From the NCBI GenBank assembly GCA_963765545.1, contig CAVXWW010000004.1, forward strand, positions 1,667,923 through 1,731,922: a stretch of DNA of 64,000 nucleotides, read 5' to 3'. Below the pieces are notes generated by a model. That model ran no database searches. It had not been told where the DNA came from and saw only the letters and a list, made by a program, of their open reading frames with translations. Shown here piece after piece: positions 51,823-61,048 of this stretch. The number at the start of each line of letters is the position of its first letter. The first letter of the stretch is position 1. A program made the translations under genes and the position numbers. The stretch comes from an uncultured Gammaproteobacteria bacterium. GTDB taxonomy: Bacteria; Pseudomonadota; Gammaproteobacteria; Pseudomonadales; Halieaceae.

Positions 51823-53018
51823 GACCTGCCTCCCACGCGCAGACGGGCCCGCACCTTGTCGCCCTGGGCGCTGCTGCTCTCCATGACAGCATCCAGTCCG
51901 GCCTCATTCATATTCGCGCGCACTCGCTCAACCGTCTCGAAATCAGCGGCCAGTATATTCATGCGCATTTCACCGCCCCGGTCACTGAAGTTGTAGTTGA
52001 TCGCATCGATCGACGTGCCCGAATTGGACGCAATTACCGTACCCACCTGTTCAACCAGGTGTACAAAGCCGCTGTTCTGGCCGGTCCCGCGCAGTGCAAC
52101 CAGCTGGCGCTGTAACTGTTTTTCAGGCTCTGGCGCATTCCCCCTCGGGTTGGCCTTGCGATAACTGCTCTCCACCGCCCCCCGCAACGCCAGGTTTTCC
52201 CGCTCCAGCTTCAGATAGTCGGTGTAGGTGGAGATCATCTGCAGGCCAAAAGCCACGGCGAACACGGCTGCCACCGCTCGCCACTCCTGCCACCAGCGCG
52301 CCAATGGCAGGCGCACGGCGAAAGCGCCGTGCAGCAGGTTCAGTGCGGGCTGGGGCTCCTCGCCCAGCAGCAGCGCGGAATACAGGTTGCCTCGACGCCA
52401 CTGCACCTTTTCCTGCAGTGCCTCCGGCAGTAATGCGACGTCCGCTGCCTGCTCGCGGCCGTAGAAAATCACTGCCCCAGGCTCCTCCCGCAGCCCCGCC
52501 AGCATGGCGGGCAACAACTCCCGTTCCACGCTAAAACCACCGCACTCGTCGTAACGGACAATGGCGCTGTCATCCTCCAGCACAATACACCACTCACCGT
52601 TGCGCCATGGCAGTAACAGCGGTTCGGGCAGCCAGACCCTGATACCTGGAAGATCCTCCAGCAGGGCCCGCCAGGCCTCCATATTTTCCACACTGCAAAC
52701 AGCCACACCCAGTTCCAGCTTGTCCAATGCCACGCTGGCAAAATGCAGTTCCTCGATATCCTCGGCTACCTGCTCCTCGAGCATAAATGGCAGGGACTTT
52801 GCGATATGTTTTTTCTCTTCCCCGCTGAGGGTGAGTCGCAACAGGCGCACATCCGCTCCCGGCGCGGCGAAGCAGGGCGCGCTTCGCTGCTCTGCCATGG
52901 CGGCAAACAGGCTTTCGCGCACCTGCTCGTCATCCAGCCAACGAGGCTCCTCGCTGGCACCCGGTGCGTACCAGGCCAAACGGCCGTCTACCAGTCTAAT
53001 GATGGCGCTATTGTGCAA
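51819..53018 (-). CDS. gspL: type II secretion system protein L
   Basis: 399 aa with a TTG start. Cytoplasmic actin-like domain, TM helix, periplasmic domain. Confidence 0.85.
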   Translation of the reverse strand: MHNSAIIRLVDGRLAWYAPGASEEPRWLDDEQVRESLFAAMAEQRSAPCFAAPGADVRLLRLTLSGEEKKHIAKSLPFMLEEQVAEDIEELHFASVALDKLELGVAVCSVENMEAWRALLEDLPGIRVWLPEPLLLPWRNGEWCIVLEDDSAIVRYDECGGFSVERELLPAMLAGLREEPGAVIFYGREQAADVALLPEALQEKVQWRRGNLYSALLLGEEPQPALNLLHGAFAVRLPLARWWQEWRAVAAVFAVAFGLQMISTYTDYLKLERENLALRGAVESSYRKANPRGNAPEPEKQLQRQLVALRGTGQNSGFVHLVEQVGTVIASNSGTSIDAINYNFSDRGGEMRMNILAADFETVERVRANMNEAGLDAVMESSSAQGDKVRARLRVGGRS

Positions 53019-54082
53019 GTGTCTTCTTCTCCCCGTAAGGCCTGGCTATTATCAAGGCTACCACTGGCCCGCGCGACGGCAGTCACCTGTCGCCCACTGC
53101 GCTGGAGCACACTGTACAAGCGCATCCGCCGGTCGGCAACTTCCACCTCGGCTGATAGCAGAAAGTACGCTGTGGACTCCCCCAATAGCGATTTGGCTTT
53201 ATTCATCTGTTCCTGTTTGCCGGCAAATACCGGGCTGGACAAAAAGTCTTCCAGATCCGCAAAACCGGCGGCCTGGCGCTGCTCCACCAATGCCTGCCCG
53301 TCGGCGGCACTGAGTGGGCTCAGGTCGTCATCGGCATTGATCGAACGCAACACCGTGGCCGATGCAGTATGAATGTTCAAGGGGGCCGGCTGCTCGGGCC
53401 AGACGCTTACCAGCGGCTCCAGGTTGCGGTAGATATCGGGGGTAATGTTGGCGACGGCGCGCAACTCACTGACGCTTGCCATAGGTCGGTTCGCGGCGCG
53501 GTAGCCAGGGGACAAACCAAAATAGTAATCGTCCTCGGCACCTTCAAGGGTGGGTTCCAGATCCCTGTCTAACCAATCAGCGACCGCGCGGGTAACTGCT
53601 ATCGCTTCCTGTTCGCCGAGCTGGGGCTCCTCGAATGTCTGTAGCAGGCGGATAAACTGGGCCTGTGCGGGTGTGAAGCGGGGCGCTCCCGTTAACGACT
53701 CTCCCTCGGCCGCCGCGGCAGGCTGCGCCAGGGCGTTGAGATTAAACCGCCCCTGCAGATCGCGCAGACACCCTGTCATCCAGCCGCCCTCGTCCAGCGA
53801 ATAAGGCGCCGGGGTCTGGGCCCAGATTTCGACCAGATCATCACGCGGCTGCTCCTGACCCTGGTCGGCGTCATAATCAGCCAGTAACGCCAGCACTGCC
53901 AGATCTTCCGCGCCGCGCAGGTAGGCGCTGGCTTGCTCTGCCAGCAGGATATTGGCGACACGCTGGTAGAGCCGACTGAACTCCAGTTCCATTGCCACCA
54001 CCAGCGCGGCACACAGGGCGAACACCAGCAACGCCGCGATCAGGGCGGCACCGCGCTGATCGCTAGAGCGGCGGTAACGCAT
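52988..54082 (-). CDS. gspK: type II secretion minor pseudopilin K
   Basis: 364 aa. QRGAALIAALLVFAL N-terminus. Confidence 0.88.
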   Translation of the reverse strand: MRYRRSSDQRGAALIAALLVFALCAALVVAMELEFSRLYQRVANILLAEQASAYLRGAEDLAVLALLADYDADQGQEQPRDDLVEIWAQTPAPYSLDEGGWMTGCLRDLQGRFNLNALAQPAAAAEGESLTGAPRFTPAQAQFIRLLQTFEEPQLGEQEAIAVTRAVADWLDRDLEPTLEGAEDDYYFGLSPGYRAANRPMASVSELRAVANITPDIYRNLEPLVSVWPEQPAPLNIHTASATVLRSINADDDLSPLSAADGQALVEQRQAAGFADLEDFLSSPVFAGKQEQMNKAKSLLGESTAYFLLSAEVEVADRRMRLYSVLQRSGRQVTAVARASGSLDNSQALRGEEDTCTIAPSLDW

Positions 54083-54719
54083 ATATCCGCCTCATCTCGC
54101 CCATGTCCTCCAGTTGCAGCCTGAACTCAAGGGCCACAGGCGGCGGCAGTTCGGTTTGCGGGGCGCCGGTATCCGCTATCCAGCTGCCCTCCCAATCGCG
54201 CGTGTCCAGAGCAATGCCACGCCCATCGGGCTGGGCCTGGGCCAGCTGGCCGAGAAACACCAGCTCCAGCACCTCTACGTCCTCCAGCAAACGCACCTGC
54301 TGGGGAACGCTGTCCGGTGCCCGGTCCAGCACAAAGTAGGCATCGCGCCACAGGTCGCCATCCTCCAGGCGATAGTTAACACGCTGCAGATTGCTGCGCT
54401 GGTTGTCGTTGGGGTTGTGCCAGCCGGTGCGGGTAAAACTCAGGGGAAAGCGGGCCGCTGCCCCGCCCACCATCGCAGGCTCGACCTCGCCGAACTCGTC
54501 GCGCACCGGCCTGGCCGCAAACTGGCGCAGGTCCCTGGAAATTATCATCCAGGCCCGGTCCAGCTCGTAAGTGCGCTGGGCGGTGGCTCGCATACTTTCC
54601 ACGGCCAGCAGTGCGCTGGACAGGCTGCTGTAAGCAATAGCGGATATGAAAGCCGTTATCGACAGCGCGATAAGCACTTCTATCAGGGTAAAGCCACCCG
54701 CGCGCCTAACCACTCGCAT
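54063..54719 (-). CDS. gspJ: type II secretion minor pseudopilin J
   Basis: Internal ATG 54719 gives MRVVRRAGGFTLIEVLIAL (prepilin leader plus GFTLIE). The track ORF to 55064 is an over-extension. Confidence 0.88.
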   Translation of the reverse strand: MRVVRRAGGFTLIEVLIALSITAFISAIAYSSLSSALLAVESMRATAQRTYELDRAWMIISRDLRQFAARPVRDEFGEVEPAMVGGAAARFPLSFTRTGWHNPNDNQRSNLQRVNYRLEDGDLWRDAYFVLDRAPDSVPQQVRLLEDVEVLELVFLGQLAQAQPDGRGIALDTRDWEGSWIADTGAPQTELPPPVALEFRLQLEDMGEMRRIYALPPL

Positions 54720-55221
54720 TGTCCTGCCCTGTATCCTGTCCCGGATCCGCCCCAGGATCTGTTCCGGGATCAGCTCCAGGGTCTGCTCGCAGGTCCGACG
54801 AGAGAAACGCGATAAGAGTGTAAAGAGGCTGCTCGCGCTGCTCTTCATCGGCAGCGACAGAGATTTCCACGCGGTAAAAATTGCTCGCGTCGGTGGGCCG
54901 ACTATCGATCCACCAGAAGAACTCCCGCTCAGCCATGGTCGAGGCTCCACTATCCTCGCCCTGCAGCAAGTTCTGGCTTGCCCGGGACAGAATGCGCAAC
55001 TCTTCCAGCTTGTTGGCGGCGACCATCTGGGCCAGGGATTTATCCCGCAAATACCCGGTAGCATCCACGTGCTGGGACAATGCGACCATCAGGGCAGGCA
55101 GGGCTATCGCCACAACCGCGAGCGCCACCATCACCTCTATCAGGGTGAAACCCCGCCCCCGGCCAGCCCGCTGCCTGTCACACGGCAGCGCGCGCGACTG
55201 TGCGGGGCGCAAATTATTCAA
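54706..55221 (-). CDS. gspI: type II secretion minor pseudopilin I (start uncertain; C-terminal DPGx repeat tail)
   Basis: GFTLIEVMVALAVVAIAL prepilin core. The only in-frame canonical starts upstream are TTG 55221 and TTG 55212. Confidence 0.8.
   Translation of the reverse strand: MNNLRPAQSRALPCDRQRAGRGRGFTLIEVMVALAVVAIALPALMVALSQHVDATGYLRDKSLAQMVAANKLEELRILSRASQNLLQGEDSGASTMAEREFFWWIDSRPTDASNFYRVEISVAADEEQREQPLYTLIAFLSSDLRADPGADPGTDPGADPGQDTGQDNASG
54721..54783 (-). repeat. 12-bp in-frame tandem repeat encoding DPGA-DPGT-DPGA-DPGQ-DTGQ-D at the GspI C-terminus
   Basis: GATCC(G/C/T)GG(A/G)nnn units read on the minus strand. They overlap the gspJ start region. Confidence 0.85.
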
Positions 55222-55774
55222 GCTCCAGCTCCTCGCCGCGAGGCAGCACACTGAAGCGACCGAGCAGATCCCACTCGATCCGCCACAGCAAATCACCATC
55301 AGACTCGCGCCGGACTTCGACAGCGCCAGCGGTAACCTCGCCGCTGGCATAAAATACTACCTGGGGCGCGGCGTCCTCTTCACCCTCGGCCAGGCTCAGC
55401 TCCTCGACGGGTGCGTCCTCCAGTTCCAGCTGCAATTCAAACCCGGGAGGCAGCACCTGGGGTTCGAACACATCCTTGCCAGTTTCCGGCGGGCGCCAGC
55501 CCGCGGGAAGTCGCTCACGCCACTCATAGCTGTAGACAGTCTCTCTGCTCACGACATCGCGTTGCAGCAGCAGGCCGAAATCGCGGCCAGTCATCTGCGC
55601 CTCGTCAAGGGCATAGGCGGCCACCTCGCCCAGGTTGCGCACCCGGGCCTCCAATTCAATGTCCTGCCCGCCGGAGCCGATATTAAGACTGACCAGTGAG
55701 GTGACCAGCACGATAACGAGCAGGGCGACCAGCAGCTCCAGCAGGCTGAACCCACCCTGGCGCGCCCCAGTCAT
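55214..55774 (-). CDS. gspH: type II secretion minor pseudopilin H
   Basis: 186 aa. MTGARQGGFSLLELLVAL leader. Confidence 0.88.
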   Translation of the reverse strand: MTGARQGGFSLLELLVALLVIVLVTSLVSLNIGSGGQDIELEARVRNLGEVAAYALDEAQMTGRDFGLLLQRDVVSRETVYSYEWRERLPAGWRPPETGKDVFEPQVLPPGFELQLELEDAPVEELSLAEGEEDAAPQVVFYASGEVTAGAVEVRRESDGDLLWRIEWDLLGRFSVLPRGEELELE

Positions 55775-55780
55775 AAAGGT

Positions 55781-56230
55781 CTACTCTTCCTCGCGCCAGT
55801 TGCCGATATCCGCATTCTGGCCATCGCCACCGGACAAACCATCCGCACCGAGCGAGTAGATGTCTATCTCCCCGTTCTCACCCGGGCTCAGGTACAGGTA
55901 TGGCCTGCCCCATGGATCAATCGGTAGCTGTCCAAGGTAGCCACCCTCCTTGAAATTGCGCGGCTCCGGATCCAGGCTGCTGGCCTCGACCAGTGCCTCC
56001 AGCCCCTGCTCTGTACTGGGATAGACATAGTTGTCCAGCCGGTAAATCTTCAGTGCCGTCTCTATCGCCTTGAAATCGGCGTAGACCTTCTGCACTCGCG
56101 CCTCATCCGCGCGATTCAGCACTGTGGGAGCGACAACGCTTATCAGCAATCCCATAATCACCAGCACCACCAGAATTTCCACCAGGGAAAACCCTCGCTG
56201 GGTACCTGCGGCTTGTACTTTGTGTTTCAT
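55781..56230 (-). CDS. gspG: type II secretion major pseudopilin G
   Basis: 149 aa. QRGFSLVEILVVLVIMGLL and the conserved GspG core (YRLDNYVYPSTEQGLEAL). Confidence 0.95.
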   Translation of the reverse strand: MKHKVQAAGTQRGFSLVEILVVLVIMGLLISVVAPTVLNRADEARVQKVYADFKAIETALKIYRLDNYVYPSTEQGLEALVEASSLDPEPRNFKEGGYLGQLPIDPWGRPYLYLSPGENGEIDIYSLGADGLSGGDGQNADIGNWREEE

Positions 56231-56234
56231 AATG

Positions 56235-57455
56235 TCATTTCACCATTGTGTTGAGATCAAAAATTGGCAACAGCACGGCCAGCACTATCGTCAGTACCAT
56301 CCCGCCCATGAATACCACCATCAGCGGTTCAAACAAGCTCATCATAGTACCAAGGGTCATTTCCAGTTCGCGCTCCTGGTTCGTCGCCGAGCGCTCCAGC
56401 ATGGTTTCCAGTTCACCGCTGGCCTCGCCACTGGCTACCATATGGACCATCATTGGCGGGAAATGTCCACTCTGCTGTAGCGCGCGGTTGAGACTGCTGC
56501 CCTCTTCCACCCGCTCGGCCACCAGCCTGGTGTCCTCCTGCAACACGAGGTTGGTCAACACCTGGCCTGCTATACGCAACGCTTCCAGCAGTGGTACCCC
56601 GCTGGCCATGAGAATGCTCAGGGTCGAGGCGAAGCGCGCGGTGTCCAGCGCGATTACCAGCCGCGATATACCGGGTACCCGCAACAAGAAGCGGTGCCAG
56701 CGCTTGCGTCGCTGGGGATTGCGCAGCAGCTGCCTGGCAATAAACACCAGTGAGGCCAGGCCCACCAACAGCCACACGCCGTAGTCGCGGAAAAAATCAC
56801 TGCTGGCAATCAGGCCCCGGGTCAGCAGCGGCAACTCGCGCCGGCTGTGGGCAAAGATGCCCACCAGTTCCGGCACCACAAAGACCATCAACGCCACCAC
56901 CACGGCTATGGCGACTCCGACCAGGATAAACGGGTAGATCATTGCCATCTTCAGCTTCTGGCCGGTGTACTGGCGCTGCTCGGTGTAGTCCGCCAGCTGC
57001 TCCAGCACCGGCCCGAGAAAACCGGCGTGTTCGCCGGCCTTCACCATGGCCCGGTACATCTCGCTGAACACCTGCGGAAACTCGCCCATGGCATAGGCCA
57101 GGGTATGCCCCTCGGCAACCCGGGACCGCACCTGCAACAGGGTGCCCTTGATACGCGCATTGCGACTCTGTTCGGCCGCGGCCTGCAAGGCCTCATCCAG
57201 AGGCAGGTTGGACTGGACCAGGGTCGACAGCTGGCGGGTCAGCATTGCCAGGTCACCCGCGCTGATACCACGCCGCAGCAAGGGAAGACGCCAGCCCGAA
57301 CTGGTGGGCTCGGGCCGGTTGGCTACGGCGACCTCCACCGGGCGCAGGCTCTGCACCCGCAGCTGGGAGCGTATCTGGCGTTCGGAATCGCCCTCCAGCA
57401 CGCCTCGGACCAGCTTTCCCTTGGGGTTAAGTGCGCGGTAGCGATAGGCAGTCAT
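56235..57455 (-). CDS. gspF: type II secretion inner-membrane platform protein F
   Basis: 406 aa with two GspF repeats. Confidence 0.95.
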   Translation of the reverse strand: MTAYRYRALNPKGKLVRGVLEGDSERQIRSQLRVQSLRPVEVAVANRPEPTSSGWRLPLLRRGISAGDLAMLTRQLSTLVQSNLPLDEALQAAAEQSRNARIKGTLLQVRSRVAEGHTLAYAMGEFPQVFSEMYRAMVKAGEHAGFLGPVLEQLADYTEQRQYTGQKLKMAMIYPFILVGVAIAVVVALMVFVVPELVGIFAHSRRELPLLTRGLIASSDFFRDYGVWLLVGLASLVFIARQLLRNPQRRKRWHRFLLRVPGISRLVIALDTARFASTLSILMASGVPLLEALRIAGQVLTNLVLQEDTRLVAERVEEGSSLNRALQQSGHFPPMMVHMVASGEASGELETMLERSATNQERELEMTLGTMMSLFEPLMVVFMGGMVLTIVLAVLLPIFDLNTMVK

Positions 57456-57472
57456 GTTTCAATCACGGGCTG

Positions 57473-58993
57473 TCAGGCGACCGCTGTCACCCTCAGCACT
57501 TCCTCGATGCTTGTCTCACCCGCCAGCACCCGCCGCCGGCCGTCTTCCTCTATACCCGGGCAGCGCTGACGGGCCTCCACCAGCATGGCCTGCTCACTGC
57601 AACCGTCATAGATCATGGTTCGCAGGGCCTCGTCCACCTCGATCATTTCGTAGATACCGGTACGGCCCCGATAGCCGCCGTAGTTGCACTGCGCGCAGCC
57701 CTTCGCCTTGTAGATACCAACATCGGCTGCGTCCGGCGCAATCCCGAGCATTTCCCGCTCCGCCTGGTTGGCGTTGACCGGCTCCCTGCATTGTGTGCAC
57801 AGCAAACGCACCAGGCGCTGGGCCATGACGGCCAGCAGGCTGGATGACAACAGGAACGGCTCAATGCCCATGTCCTTGAGCCGGGTAAACGCACCGATAG
57901 CCGTATTCGTGTGCAGGGTGGACAGCACAAGGTGGCCTGTCAGCGATGCCTGGACCGCTATCTCAGCGGTCTCCAGATCCCGTATCTCACCGACCATCAC
58001 CACATCCGGGTCCTGGCGCAAAATGGCCCGCAGACCGCGCGCGAATGTCATATCGACCTTCGGGTTGACCTGGGTCTGGCCCACCCCGGGCAGCATGTAT
58101 TCGATGGGGTCTTCGATAGTAAGAATGTTCCGGCTCGCATGGTTGATCTCGGATAAACCTGCGTAAAGTGTGGTGGTCTTACCCGAACCGGTGGGGCCCG
58201 TCACCAGGATGATGCCGTGCGGGCTGTGCAGGTGTTTCTCATAGGCCGTCAACACCTGTTCGTTCATCGCCAGCTGCGACAACTTGAGTTGGCCAGCCGC
58301 CGTATCCAACAGACGCAGCACCACGCGCTCACCATGGGCCGACGGTATGGTGGACATACGGATGTCCACTGCGTGGCCTGCGATCCTGACGGAAATCCTG
58401 CCATCCTGCGGCACCCGCTTCTCAGCGATATCCAGCCTGGCCATGACCTTGAGACGCGATACCAGCAGCGGTGCCAGCATCTTCTTGGGGGATAGCACTT
58501 CCGTCATCACCCCGTCTATGCGATAGCGCACACTGAGGCGGTCTTCAAATGTCTCTATGTGGACATCGGAGGCCTGATCGCGCACGGCCTGGGAGAGAAT
58601 CGCGTTGATCAGCCGGATGATGGGCGCGTCATCCTCCGCATCCATCAGGTCCCCGGCCTCGGGAATATCATCCGCGAGCCTGCTCAGGTCCACGTCTGAG
58701 CCGATATCCTCGGCCATCTGCACCGCCGCGTTATTGTCGCGCTGGTAGGCGAGGGTAAGACGCCGCTGAAAATCAGTTTCCGACACATTCTGCAGTTCAA
58801 ACGGCGACCCCAGATAGCGCCGCAATTCCGTCAGGACCTCAATACCGGGTGGGCCCTGATGCACCACGACAGGGCGCTCACCACTGAAATCGAGCAGCAC
58901 GCCATTTTGCTTGGCATAGGTGAACGGCAGGACGCGTTGATCCTTCGCAGTACTGGCGGAGGCATCCGCTAACTGAGTGACGGGCTCTACCAT
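57473..58993 (-). CDS. gspE: type II secretion ATPase E
   Basis: 506 aa. Walker A GPTGSGKTT and the CxxC...CxxC zinc motif (CTQC...CAQC). Confidence 0.96.
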   Translation of the reverse strand: MVEPVTQLADASASTAKDQRVLPFTYAKQNGVLLDFSGERPVVVHQGPPGIEVLTELRRYLGSPFELQNVSETDFQRRLTLAYQRDNNAAVQMAEDIGSDVDLSRLADDIPEAGDLMDAEDDAPIIRLINAILSQAVRDQASDVHIETFEDRLSVRYRIDGVMTEVLSPKKMLAPLLVSRLKVMARLDIAEKRVPQDGRISVRIAGHAVDIRMSTIPSAHGERVVLRLLDTAAGQLKLSQLAMNEQVLTAYEKHLHSPHGIILVTGPTGSGKTTTLYAGLSEINHASRNILTIEDPIEYMLPGVGQTQVNPKVDMTFARGLRAILRQDPDVVMVGEIRDLETAEIAVQASLTGHLVLSTLHTNTAIGAFTRLKDMGIEPFLLSSSLLAVMAQRLVRLLCTQCREPVNANQAEREMLGIAPDAADVGIYKAKGCAQCNYGGYRGRTGIYEMIEVDEALRTMIYDGCSEQAMLVEARQRCPGIEEDGRRRVLAGETSIEEVLRVTAVA

Positions 58994-61002
58994 TACGGGC
59001 TCTCAAAGTTCACGGTAGGTTGGCTCGCTTTTATCTGGTCCAACTGCTCCAGTTGCTCCTGCCACTCGGGCAGCACCGGCAAGGTGTCGTCCCCCAGGAA
59101 TTCCAGGCCCTGCTGGCGCCGCAGTACCTGCTGGTCACGTATATAGCGGTACTTTTCCGCTGTTGCGCCGGCCAGGGCTTCATTGTCCCTGATAATCGTC
59201 GGACGGATAAAAATCAACAGGTTGGTTTTGGTCGACTGGACCGCATCGGTGCGGAACAAGCGACCAAGGTAGGGAATATCGCCCAGCAAGGGCACTTTCT
59301 GAGTGCCGTCCTGGACGTCATCCTTGATCAAGCCCCCCAGTACTACCACGCGGTTATCCTGCGCCAGTACCTTGGTCTGTATCTTGCGCTCATTGGTAAT
59401 CAGGTCTGAAGCAACCGCGCTCAGGCCACTGAGGCTGGAGACTTCCTGCACGATATCCAGTACCACCGAGTCCCCCTCGTTGATATGAGGTGTCACGGTC
59501 AGGGTAATACCCACATTCTCACGCTGGATAGTCTGGAACGGGTTCTGGGCACCATCACCCCCGGCCCCGGTATTGGTAAAAGAGCCGGTGACAAATGGCA
59601 CGTTCTGGCCGACGGTTATATAGGCCTCCTGGTTGTCCAGGGTCAGCAGACTTGGCGTGGACAGGATATTGGCGTTGTTCTGCTCGTTGAGGGCACTGAG
59701 AATAACCGCCATGGTCAGGCTGTCACTGATCTGGCCCCAGCCCAGCGTGGTACCGCCCGTATTGGCCAGCGCGCCGGCCAGGCCACCCAGGCTGATGTCC
59801 GTGTCCGTGTCGCCCTCCGGCAGAATCGCATCGGCGATGGTGCGCGCCCGGGCGTCAGCCGCATTGATATTACTGCCAAAAGCACCGCTGCTGTCGGCAA
59901 ACAGCCACTGGATACCCAGATCCTGGCCGTTGATCACTTCCATCTCGACGATGATCGCCTCGACAAGTACCTGGGCGCGGCGGATATCCAGTCGCTGGAT
60001 CACGGCCTCTATGGCCGCCATTTCATCCGTCTCGGCAGTAATGATGAGAGAGTTGGTTCCCTCGTCCGCCTCTATGGTGGCCGAGTTATCAGAGCGCGGC
60101 TTCTTGGCGCCTTCAGAAGTGTCCAGGCGATTGATATTCTGCATCACCCGGGTCAAAACATCCGCTATCTCACTGGCCTGGGCGTACTCGAGATAGACCA
60201 CCTTGACATTGCCGCTTTGCTCCAGCGGAGTATCGAGGTACTCCACCAGTGTGCGCATCCTCGCCCGCTCCAACTCGTCACCACTGACCAGTACGCTATT
60301 GGTACGGGAATCTGCGACCAGCAATACTTCCGACTCACCCCCGGCCTGTTTCGCCTCTGACTTGGCCAGCTGGTCCAGCATACTCACCACGTTCTCCGCC
60401 ACGCCATAGCGCAGTTTGATGATATCCGTTTGCTGCACAGCGGACTTATCCATGCGCTGGATAATGTCCCTGATGCGATCGATGTTAGAGGACAGGTCAG
60501 AAATAATAATAGCGTTACTGGGCGCATAAGCAGCCATATGCGCCTGTTGTGGCACCAGAGGTCGCAGCACCGGGATCAGCTTGGCTGCCGAGATGTTGTC
60601 GAGCTTGATCACCTCGGTGACATATTCGTCGCTGGTCAGGCCTGAACCGCCATCGCGCACCTGCACCGGCGCAGAGCGCGCATCCTTGCTCTGGATAACC
60701 CGGATAACCCCACCGGAGCGCACGGCGGTGTAACCATGCACTTCCAGGATGGACAGGAACAATTCGTACAGTTCATCTCTTGAAACCGGCTTGCTGGACA
60801 CGACCTTTACCTTGCCCTTGACCGAGGGATCCACCACGATAGTGGTGCCGGTGGCCTCCGCCACGAACTTGATAAGTTCCTGGATATCGGTTTCCTTGAG
60901 GTTAACCGTGAAATCCTGGGCCACCACCGTTCCAGCGCCCGATAACAGGGTAATGAAGACTGCTAACAGGGCTCTTCGGACTGATCGGGTCAAAACGTTC
61001 AC
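58993..61002 (-). CDS. gspD: type II secretion secretin D
   Basis: 669 aa. Signal peptide, N0-N3 domains, and the secretin core (VPLLGDIPYLGRLF). Confidence 0.95.
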   Translation of the reverse strand: MNVLTRSVRRALLAVFITLLSGAGTVVAQDFTVNLKETDIQELIKFVAEATGTTIVVDPSVKGKVKVVSSKPVSRDELYELFLSILEVHGYTAVRSGGVIRVIQSKDARSAPVQVRDGGSGLTSDEYVTEVIKLDNISAAKLIPVLRPLVPQQAHMAAYAPSNAIIISDLSSNIDRIRDIIQRMDKSAVQQTDIIKLRYGVAENVVSMLDQLAKSEAKQAGGESEVLLVADSRTNSVLVSGDELERARMRTLVEYLDTPLEQSGNVKVVYLEYAQASEIADVLTRVMQNINRLDTSEGAKKPRSDNSATIEADEGTNSLIITAETDEMAAIEAVIQRLDIRRAQVLVEAIIVEMEVINGQDLGIQWLFADSSGAFGSNINAADARARTIADAILPEGDTDTDISLGGLAGALANTGGTTLGWGQISDSLTMAVILSALNEQNNANILSTPSLLTLDNQEAYITVGQNVPFVTGSFTNTGAGGDGAQNPFQTIQRENVGITLTVTPHINEGDSVVLDIVQEVSSLSGLSAVASDLITNERKIQTKVLAQDNRVVVLGGLIKDDVQDGTQKVPLLGDIPYLGRLFRTDAVQSTKTNLLIFIRPTIIRDNEALAGATAEKYRYIRDQQVLRRQQGLEFLGDDTLPVLPEWQEQLEQLDQIKASQPTVNFESP

Positions 61003-61048
61003 TCAGCTGTATTCCTATACACTAATTCAGTTATCGAAGGCGATGGCA

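Noticed and set aside
54063-55350. The long N-terminal extensions of the gspJ (to 55064) and gspI (to 55350) track ORFs.
   Set aside because: The extensions overlap the upstream pseudopilin genes and look non-coding. Prepilin leader logic places the starts just upstream of the G-F-T-L-I-E motifs.
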